From positions 175,894,001 through 175,958,000 of the forward strand of contig OZ024741.1 of assembly GCA_964016885.1 (NCBI GenBank): a stretch of DNA of 64,000 bases, in the 5' to 3' direction. Shown here piece after piece: positions 52,650 to 64,000 of this stretch. The notes under the pieces are model-generated. The model was not told the origin of the DNA. It was given only the letters and a program-made list of their open reading frames with translations, and ran no database searches. Each line of letters starts with the position of its first letter. The stretch's first letter is position 1. The position numbers were made by a program, and so were the translations under genes. This DNA comes from Eledone cirrhosa. Lineage: Eukaryota.

Positions 52650-52953
52650 TATAATCAAGGTTTAGCAAATAAGAAAAAGTTTCAAAATAAATTTCAAAAA
52701 ATCCACATCATTCATTCTCATCTCGGGACCAATTTTGAATAGCGCGAGTTCGTAATTTGAACTCGGGAATTTTATATTCTCCGAGTGAAAAGAACCTTCT
52801 GAGGAGAGTTTATCTTTAAAATGGAAGGCCGCAAGGACTGTCAATTTATTTCTGAGACTCGAAACCGATTCGGTAAAGGTAACAATAGTAAGTACAGTGA
52901 ATTTTTTGAAATTTATTTTGAAACTTTTTCTTATTTGCTAAACCTTGATTATA
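52650..52953. mobile_element. Element with ~55-bp terminal inverted arms enclosing an HHR
   Basis: 52650-52707 is inverted at 52897-52953, followed by TA-rich microsatellite. Confidence 0.8.
52794..52880 (+). ncRNA. Type I hammerhead with long stem II loop
   Basis: acctt-CTGAGGA-gagttt...agactc-GAAA-ccgattcgg-TA-aaggt. GUA triplet. Confidence 0.85.
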
Positions 52954-53275
52954 TACATATGTATCTCTCTATATATATATATGTGTATATGTATATATAT
53001 ATATATGTATATATATGTATGTATATATATGTATATGTATATATATGTATATATATGTATATGTATATATATGTATATGTATATATATATATATGCATAT
53101 ATATATATATATATATATATATTTCGTTTCTGAATTTGTTTAGCAAGATTCTTTATCTGAAATCGTGTGTTGAAACCGATATTGTTATACTTTGGGAGCA
53201 CAAAACACACACACAGAAACAAAATGGCGTAGGATAGAAGAAAGGAAAGGCACAGAAACAAAGAAAGGAATCCCC

Positions 53276-53320
53276 AGTCACTGAAGACGTCACAGAGTGT
53301 GTGACGAAAGGACTATGACT
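53276..53320 (+). ncRNA. Minimal type I hammerhead candidate
   Basis: agtca-CTGAAGA-c-gtcaca-gagtg-tgtgac-GAAA-ggac-TA-tgact. One extra nucleotide follows A9 and the stem III palindrome is imperfect. Confidence 0.65.
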
Positions 53321-53478
53321 ATATATAAACAACTATCTGGTTGTGGAACCAACCAACCAACCAGAAATTTATAAGTTTGTAAATTTGTAAATTTATAAAT
53401 TTATAAATATATAATAAATTGAAGTGAAAGCAACTGGTGCGTGTGTTTCTTATTGGCAACATGACCCTCCCAAAGTAT

Positions 53479-55172
<1,694 letters not shown>

Positions 55173-55762
55173 TGTATAAGCTATCAATATAACTATATAG
55201 GAAAGTATACATAACATGACTCCAATTAGAGAATACTAGTTTATCGCTCTTCTTCAGATAATAGACGGGAAGAAAACATAACGCTGGTAAGCAGAAAGAA
55301 TAAACGTATAGAATAAGGGGTAATAAAAACATGTTTCGGCTTGCTTTAAAGTCATGTTGCTTTTAAAGTGGTCGATAAGCAAGAAGGTTTATTTGAGTAT
55401 GTAGGCAAGTGTAAACATTTACAGCTATGTGTGTATAGACACAGACATACGAAGCAGGCATATATAGCATGTACGTGTGATATATGAACAGGGGGTATTT
55501 AGAGGAACAGGTGTGGTGAGTGAAGTACAGATGAATTGTTGATTTGCAAACTAAAGATGAATTGTCAATCGCGGATTAATCTCGAATAGAATAATTTTGT
55601 AGTGAAAGGATTTGGTTTAGATTACAAAACTGAATTTAACATAGTGAGTCAGACAGAGAGAAAGAACCGCAACAGCGAGAATAATTGAAAAAAAAGAAGA
55701 ATAATGACACGAAACAAAGCTGACGGATAACGAAGAGTGATAAGCATGTTTAAAGAACATGG

Positions 55763-55819
<57 letters not shown>

Positions 55820-55860
55820 GATATATTAACAAATGGAAACTATATTTATAAAACCATATG

Positions 55861-55925
55861 TATTTCATTATACATATCTCAAGAACACCAAGTTAAATTA
55901 TGGTGTCCTTTCATCAGATAAAATA
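55861..55925 (-). ncRNA. Family F hammerhead with covarying stem II; GAAA changed to GAGA
   Basis: tattttat-CTGATGA-aaggacacca..tggtgttctt-GAGA-tatgta-TA-atgaaata. Confidence 0.65.
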
Positions 55926-56121
55926 TAATATAGATCAGTTTTATAAATAAATATTGACATACCCTTAAAGAATGCGACCGTTTCTGTTGGAAGCTCCCGG
56001 ATAGTGGGGTTATAAATTTATTTATACTATTATGCAAATTAGTATCGGATATTTTAAAATCACAGTAGATTTAAAATAACCCGTTTGGGTTGTATCCCAA
56101 CAATTAAAATAGAACTTCTAC

Positions 56122-56157
<36 letters not shown>

Positions 56158-56164
<7 letters not shown>

Positions 56165-56362
56165 TCTACGTTTGGCAGAAGGCCAGCAATTATCCTAGTG
56201 TATTACTGGTACTTTATTTTATCCACCCCGTAAGGATGAAAGGTAAAGTTAACCTCGGCGGGATTTGAACTCTATAGGGACGTAACTATGCTAGAAAGGG
56301 ACGTAACTATGCTAGAAAGCATCGCGTCCGACCCTCTATCGATACTGCCAATCCACCGCCCC
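56158..56362 (-). mobile_element. Meta-domain tRNA SINE with a ~21-bp internal duplication
   Basis: Reverse complement of the 18028 family; 'agggacgtaactatgctagaa' occurs twice. Confidence 0.85.
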
Positions 56363-56488
56363 TATAAAGAGTGACAATGGAGAAGTTACACACAACGGAA
56401 AGATATCTTGCTTTACGTCAAACAGGAGGAACATAGATGCAAATGTCTAATTGAGAAACAAGTTTGTTGTTACATGACTTGAGGCAGT

Positions 56489-56548
<60 letters not shown>

Positions 56549-56604
56549 CATATATATATATAATACATATGTATATATATATATATAATACATATATATA
56601 ATAC

Positions 56605-56690
<86 letters not shown>

Positions 56691-56704
56691 CATATATATA
56701 TATA

Positions 56705-56748
<44 letters not shown>

Positions 56749-57096
56749 CGTTTGTTAGAAAATGTTATACATGTTTAAGTTATATATATTTGTTGTATAT
56801 ATTCGTATAAATTGATCCTTAAATGCCTGGAGACGCAAAAAGATAGATGACAAATTGAATAATCGTATATGTGGATTTGCACACACACACACACGCCCGT
56901 CGCGCGCACACACACGTACGCACACACACACACGCACACACACACACGCACAGACACACAGACACAGACACACATATATACATTATATATATGTATATAC
57001 ATATATATATATATACATATATATGTATATACATATATATACATATATATAATATATATATACACACACATATATATATATATATACACACGCACG

Positions 57097-57166
<70 letters not shown>

Positions 57167-57197
57167 AATACATATATATATATATACACATATATAT

Positions 57198-57411
57198 ATA
57201 TACAAAATCAATGTAAACATAAATCAACTTGTGCAAAACTCTCTCTCTCTTTCTGTCTGTCTGTATCTCTCTCTCTCTCTCTCTCACTCTCTCTCTCTCC
57301 CTCTCTCTCTCTCTCTATATATATATATAGAGAGAAAGACAGAGATACAGACAGACAGAAAGAGAGAGAGGGTTTTGCACAAGTTGATTTATGTTTACAT
57401 TGATTTTGTAT
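57198..57411. repeat. Fold-back palindrome with microsatellite loop
   Basis: 'tacaaaatcaatgtaaacataaatcaacttgtgcaaaac..ctttctgtctgtctgtatctct' is inverted at ~57340-57411. Confidence 0.85.
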
Positions 57412-57964
57412 CTGCTTTCGGCAAAGGGTTGGTATAACGGTTTGTGTGGTAGTTTAACTTAATAAAACGTTTAAAATATAGATGTAGGCAGTCACCTGTA
57501 TTTCGAGTAACATAACTGTCACTTACAAATTTATAACAATTTGATTAAGAACTTTCTTTTAAATCACTAATCTTCTACAACTTCCACTTTATGCCAAAGG
57601 ATGACAAATTTTGAAACTCTTATTGGTTTGTATTTGACCCTCACATATATTCAGCACTAAACAATACAAACTTTACTGTTTGATTTTGCTACAGGGATGC
57701 TGCCACCTATGATATATTTGTGATTGTATATAAGATTTGTGTGATTGAGATGTATTGTGTGTATGTCTATTAATGCATGTGTGCATGTGGGTTTGTATGT
57801 GCGAGAGTGTGTGCAAGCATGGATATGAACATTTACATGCAATTCCACTGAGTGAAAAGCAAAACCTATATTTTCACACAATGTATTTATTATGTAAGGA
57901 AATCAGTGAAGTATACTCAAGTAATAGAATATGGCCCAACCAGTTATCACATATATATTGTAGT

Positions 57965-58217
57965 TAATGTCTTTATCCCAGTTTCATTGGCATTAAACGA
58001 CTAAGTGTACAAGTCTACACTTCTCCTGGACAAGACGCCAGTTCATGCAGAGTTAATCCCCACCTGCTGCTGGTACTCATTTTCAATAGAGTGGAATCGA
58101 ACAACGTGAAATAAAGTACTATGTTCAAGAAAACAACGCGTTATCCGGTCTAAGAATCGAAACCACGACATTAATGTCCTAGATATAAAACCCTAACCCC
58201 TAGACCATTCACCTTCA
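57965..58217 (-). mobile_element. tRNA/CORE-type SINE
   Basis: Minus strand: 'gtggtttcgattc..cgcgttgttttcttgaacatagtactttatttcacgttg..aaaatgagtaccagc'. Related to the 5098 copy. Confidence 0.65.
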
Positions 58218-59081
58218 CACACACCAAACACACACACTTACACTTACATGCGCACTCACGCATACACAGACACACACAAACATATATAGGCAACCAAAAT
58301 TCTATTAAAAAATTACCAAAGAACAAAATTAAGATAATCGTATATTAGTGAAATACCTATAAGAAGTTAGAAAATACTTGCAGCGTTTTTAAAGCCATCC
58401 CTTCATTGTAAAATAGTTACAGAGAGATGAGAGGATGTTTAGCTAAGAGAGAAAAAAATCACGCGGAGCCTTCATCTCTCTCTCTCTCTCGCTCTCTCAC
58501 TCTCTCTCTCTCGCTCTCTCTCTCTATATATATAAAGGTTTTCCTTTCCACTCGAGTACATTATAAATTTGAAACACCAAGTTTACCCTCACATATACTT
58601 TTCAGCAAATATTTTATAGCAGTGCACATTGCCACAGATCTTAGCGTTTGACAGCAACTGTTATTAATTTATCAACCTAATAAATATATTCCCATCTCTC
58701 TTGCTTGAAGGGCGTCGAACTCGCAGGTTTATAGCCCTCTTCTCTCATCCCTTCATATTAATTAACAAATCAATAAAAAAGTTGAGTTCATACATACACA
58801 CTAACATAGTTTATTTTATAAAGAATTAGTGGAATTGGATTTACTGAACATGTTAGTGAATGATTTGATTAATGAAAAATGAATTGAAACATACTGTCAG
58901 CTTTTTATTGTCCTTAGTTTAAGTGCAGGAATTACTGTTTCACTTTATCAATCTAATGGAGGAGGGATGACAAATGCATCTTTTAGTAAGAAACCATTAA
59001 ACACAACAGAGGGAGAGCGAGAGAGAGAGAGAGAGCGAGGGAGAGAGCAGAGAGAGCGAGGGAGAGAGAAAAGAGACAGGA

Positions 59082-59124
<43 letters not shown>

Positions 59125-59308
59125 AAGACAAACGACTGGATTTTTCACTGTTACCGTCAACCAAGTTTCACTCAAAGACATTGGCAACCCGTGACTTTAG
59201 GAGAAAACATTTGATCAAGATGCCTCGCAGTTGGATTGAACGAGCAACTACATAGATGTGAAGAAGAATTCTTAGTCACACAGCCATCTATGGCCTGCCA
59301 TTTGCATA

Positions 59309-59342
<34 letters not shown>

Positions 59343-60396
59343 TGTGTGTGTGTGCGTGTGTGTGTGAGTGAGTGTATTTGTGTGTGTGTGAGAGTGTGTG
59401 TGTGAGTGTGTGTGTGAGTGTGTGTGAGTGTGTGTGAGTGTGTGTGTGCAGTAATATTGTATCAATATATCCTCTATTCGATTATGTGTGTGTGAGTAAA
59501 ATAATTATTATTAGTGCAGATTGAAGTTTAAGCACGAATTTCTGCTTTCACCCTATGAAACTGAGAAAAATCTGCCTGTAGACACACAAGGAAATATTCT
59601 AAAAAACGTTACGACCAAAAGAAAACAAGACATAACGTCAGTACATGAATACATTCTCGTGCGATGGGCGAAATATATGCAAGGATAATCACGTCTGGGA
59701 TTCCACTTGCTGCGACTCTTTCTTCAGCCGCAACCTGGTGCAGTATGCAACTAACACAGGTTCGTTTGCACTTCGGGCTGAGGAGGGCAAACTCTCAAGT
59801 ATCGGTCGCGATTCCTGCATGTATTATTATATGTTTGGGTTCAACGTAATTCTGTTACATAATTCATGACAAAAGACAATCACCATCTCCATTACATCAT
59901 TATGTGGGGCGAGAAGGACAATTTCTTGCCACGAAAAAAAATATTGCTATGAAAAAATTAGGAATCTAATATTCTTTTTAGAATAACCGAAAGATTTCCA
60001 GCTACTATGTATGGAAAATGGCGTTAATAAAAGTAAAATTATTAAACACTAAAACTGAAGGTATTGATAATAGTAAAATAATAACAATGAGAACATTAAC
60101 AGTAATGTCATCGGATTTAGGCTCGCACATAAGAATGCGCTGGCCTGTGTCGAAACAAGTGTAAACGAGGATATAATGTATAAAAGCATGTATACTTGTA
60201 CGTGTGTGCCTGTACACATGTAAGCACACATGCCTTGCATGTCTGCGCAAACATGCATACATATACATACATATAGTCGCGTATACACGCCTATAATATA
60301 CGCACACGTGTACATATACGTATATACACGCGCATAAATATTCAATATACGCATGTACATACACATATATGTGCAGACACCTACTTACAAATAATA

Positions 60397-60429
<33 letters not shown>

Positions 60430-60431
<2 letters not shown>

Positions 60432-60745
60432 GGAAAAGTAATCGAAAATGTAACTGTAGTCTTTGAAAAAATATTTATCTGTTTGCTTTACCGATTTCAC
60501 AGTTCTTATACTTTTCAAAAGTAGATTTGGGATGGAGGCTTTGTGGTTTTTCTTGCGAGAAAAACCACAAACCCATCTCAATTCTACTTTTGAAAAGAAT
60601 AAGAACTGTGAAACCGGTAAAGGAAACAAATAAATATTCTGAAAAAGACTCCAGTTGCATTTTCGATTTCTTTTCCTTATACTTTCACTCGTGAGGACAT
60701 CTCGTTTTTTTTTCATTTAAAAGAAAAAAACCCTCTTTTTCTTAT
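60430..60745. mobile_element. Family D fold-back element with degraded HHRs at 60587-60622 (+) and ~60487-60522 (-)
   Basis: Palindrome with apex 'tttttcttgcgagaaaaa' at ~60546-60564. The sequence matches the 28100-28240 pLTR. Confidence 0.8.
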
Positions 60746-60754
60746 ATATATATA

Positions 60755-60890
60755 ATTGTTTCTACATTAGGCACAAGGCCAGCAATTACCCAGTACCTTA
60801 CTGGTACTTTATTTTATCGACCCCGTAAGGATGAAAGGCAAAGTTAACCTCGGCGGGATTTGAACTCAGACTGTAAAGGGACGTAACTAT
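60755..60890 (-). mobile_element. Meta-domain tRNA SINE, 5'-truncated
   Basis: 'cgaccccgtaaggatgaaaggcaaagttaacctcggcgggatttgaactcaga'. Confidence 0.85.
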
Positions 60891-62837
60891 ATATTATATA
60901 TATATAATACATACAGATACATATACACACACATATGCATAGATATGTGATAGGTTTGAAAACCTCAATATAATAAATAACTCCATACGAAATGTAGAGT
61001 AGAATATTTTGATTTTATATCATTAGGTATTTAATATCAGTATAAAATTCTTAATATATACCTTTGATGAACTGAAAGAATTTGGCCTGTAATCTAATGT
61101 GAGGTTTTTCTCTCTGATCTTCTTCATGTTATTAAAACAACAGCTAAGTACACACTAGTAGTTTTGTGTCTTTTATCATTGTCCCGAACTAATGCAATGT
61201 TATATTAATAAACTGTTTTTCAGCCCCTAGAGTGAACAGTGTCTTGCCTTTGATGACAAACATTGTCTGTTGCCTGGTGTTAACGAGGAACTATCCCCTT
61301 GTAGATTTCAGACGAAATCAATTTCGTGTAAACATTCGGATCATGTATCTGGCCAGAGGATAACTCGATATCCTGATGCGAGGCTACCTATTAAAACAAC
61401 CCGAGTCGTGATAATGTTCGTCCTTTTCCTCGCCACAACTAGAGACTCTTGGAAATGATCATAAACATTGCTCTTCCACCTTTCGCTAAGCTATAAATTA
61501 TTCTAGCACTTTTCATTGATCTGATACCACAAAAAAAAAAGAGATTTAAATCAAGTGACAATGACAACATAAGTGTTTACATAGAAAAATATTATCGTAA
61601 CAGTGATATTTGTTTCTTTGATCTAGGAACCATAAACCTCGAAACTCACCTACAATGTACCATCTTAAAGAATAAACATTTCATTACATTATAACTTGTT
61701 TATGTTCATCTCTAGGTCAGTGAGGATCAAGCAGATCTATGATCAAAACCTTTTTATAAATAGTCTATCTAGCACTTCACTTATTTACACATCCCACACA
61801 AAAATAACGTGAAATTTGAGTGTAATGTGGCTACTATTTCTAGACATTTACGAAACCACTTAAAGACTAACATTCTTGGCTCGATATATCGCATTACTGA
61901 CGGCACGTGACCTAAGGGTTAAGGTTTTGTTTCACGATCATAAATTCATTAGTTCGATTCATGGAACGACTGCATGTTCTTGATAGAGATACTTCATTTT
62001 ATGTTCCTTTTCATGATTATATTGTGCCCAATATAATTAACACACACAAAAAAATATTCCATCGTATTCAATAAGTAGGGGGTCAGTAAAAGCTGCATTG
62101 GTGTGAGATTTCAATTTCAGTTAATATTTTTCTTACATCAAATTGGTTTGATCCTGATACACAGAGTAGCAGTGAATTAAATAAAATCCAGTGTATTGCT
62201 GTTAGATAATTCATATGCCGCAAATTGCAAACTACAGTACATGATTCTGTCAGTATTTGGATCAAGGTAAATAAACTTAAATAAATTAGAAGTATAAGAG
62301 ATCTTATGATGTTCAGTATCTGTGTACATTAATTGATTCTTCTTTGAGTGCAGGCACAGTTAAGAAATCTGCTTCGAGAATACTCCTACCCAATCTCAAA
62401 GTGTAGCAACTTGAACAAGTGTCCTCTTAAATAGTGACAGTTTAGCGAAAGTATTGCGAATAAAATTTTGTCATTCCGATTGGCAAGTAACTCGAAGTGA
62501 ATACTTCTGTTTTCGAGTGCTAACCAATCAGGCACCATTATATGTGTTTTAGTGAAGTGCACTCGATATATTTAATCCAATACCACACCGTCTCTGTCAA
62601 TTCTCCGCATTTAATATATGCACACCGATAGGAAAAACAGGCCTTAACGCTTCCAGATCTATTGTCCCTCTCAATATTTAGATGGCTGTAAATGATCATT
62701 ACTGAGAAAGATTATTTTATATATTTTACTCTTCAGATTTGGAGGTAGATTGGATCCGCCAGACGTAAAATACACAAGTGTAATTGGGACGGCGACTCCA
62801 TTACGAATCAATGGCGCTAACCGATCCTTTTTATGCG

Positions 62838-62938
<101 letters not shown>

Positions 62939-62964
62939 AAACATTCTGATTAGAAAAAAGGATA

Positions 62965-63042
62965 AGTATTGGCGTAAATGGGACACAAACCCACATCTTT
63001 AGTTTGCCGGAAAAATGTGTACCATTACACCAAGACGCCACC
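62965..63042 (-). mobile_element. tRNA-like head of the 4061-type SINE
   Basis: Minus strand: ggcgtcttggtgtaatggtacac..GGC..agatgtgggtttgtgtcccatttacgcca. Confidence 0.65.
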
Positions 63043-63099
63043 TAAGCTTCCTTCCACCCAACTGGAAGCTACATAACCATAGCTGGTATATATGTATAT

Positions 63100-63560
63100 A
63101 TCGCATTGCTCTAGGTTGGGCAGCTTTCAATAAGAACAAGGAACTTCTAACATCAAAACGAGTTTCCTATCATTTGAAGGCTAAGATCTTTGATACTTAC
63201 ATCCTACCAGTTGTGTTATATGGTCTTGACTGTGTTAATTGGACAACACGGTCACTTCAGAAGCTCTCTACATTCCAGAACCACATCATGAGACTTATGA
63301 CTGGCAAGGGTTTCAACGACCGTATCTGTATCAGTGAGCTGCTCAACATTACTAAACTTAGACCAATTACATAAATTATCAAGTCAAGAGTACTCAAACT
63401 ATATAGTTATATGAACAGATCAACTCGTGGTGTGAGTAGTAGGTTATGCCTGGAAGGAAGGTTGTCTGGTAAGAGAAGCAGAGGACGGGAGCCAAAACGA
63501 TGGCTTGATAATGCTAGGCTTATGGAGTGGGCTTGATCTTTGTGGAGTTTAGCGTCAAAG
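63100..63560 (+). pseudogene. RTE-clade LINE 3' coding remnant
   Basis: RIALGWAAF..KAKIFDTYILPVVLYG..KLSTFQNHIMRLM..*IIKSRVLKLY..CLEGRLSGKRSRGREPKRWLDN. Confidence 0.85.
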
Positions 63561-63627
63561 TAGATATGTATATAAATAGGGAGACACAAAACAGGCTTTG
63601 TTCAGAAACGGCCAGCGAATTTGAAAA

Positions 63628-63757
63628 TTAGGTAGTAACATGTGCTCACGCCGTCAATACTCATCCTTTTTTCCATTCAGAGGGTTTTTTTGGAGTCCCA
63701 GCTCACAGACTGATTCTATTTAGTCAAATGCGGCATGAGCACATGTTACTACTTAAT
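63628..63757. mobile_element. 3' part of the 4061-type SINE with a short terminal fold-back
   Basis: 'aggtagtaacatgtgctcacgccg' is inverted as 'cggcatgagcacatgttactact'. The body matches 4313-4419. Confidence 0.75.
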
Positions 63758-64000
63758 ATATGTATATATATATATGTGTGTGTGTGTGTGTATGTGTGTA
63801 CGCGCGCGCGTTTGTGTGTGTGTGTGAATAAGGTATGTATAAGTATATATATATAATGCATGTATGGTCTCGTAATTAATGATGGAGTCGTAGTGTCACC
63901 GCATTGACATACGGCGTTTTTTGGAGAGTTTAAGCCTGGCGGAGCCCATCTCCCAGAGAAAGATAGAAAGTGACAGTGGTACTCTTTTATCGACCTTGAA

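Noticed and set aside
55245-55385. Minus-strand GAAACATGTT and CTGAAGA motifs
   Set aside because: The halves are in the wrong order or lack pairing stems, so no full hammerhead could be built. The partial motifs at 9190-9235 and 53150-53200 fail the same way.
59645-59869. GC-richer unique segment with short ORFs on both strands, a possible host exon (likewise 40680-41000 and 49590-49835)
   Set aside because: No recognisable domain or consistent splice pattern. It needs a homology search or RNA-seq.

Overview
AT-rich, microsatellite-saturated eukaryotic intergenic or intronic DNA. The SINE families suggest a coleoid cephalopod, probably an octopod (inference). I see no convincing host protein-coding gene, and almost all ORF-track hits are translations of (TA)n/(TG)n/(GA)n. 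Recognisable content: four Penelope-like (PLE) RT/GIY-YIG remnants, a Dong/R4-type RT-REL LINE in (TAA)n plus a second 3' end, three RTE-like LINE ends, mariner and Tigger-like deletion derivatives, Helitrons, tRNA-derived SINEs, a 2.35-kb SINE-bounded tandem duplication and a ~610-bp tandem repeat. The main hidden signal is about 30 hammerhead-ribozyme (HHR) folds, intact or degraded, read by eye on both strands and belonging to roughly 10 sequence families. Many have self-complementary stem III, and there are recurrent non-canonical cores (U3-A8, C4, A4). Most lie in fold-back (palindromic) elements inserted in (TA)n, with the inversion apex in or just upstream of the ribozyme. Two families are physically attached to PLE ORF remnants as inverted pseudo-LTRs. 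All folds were derived manually and none has been tested for activity.
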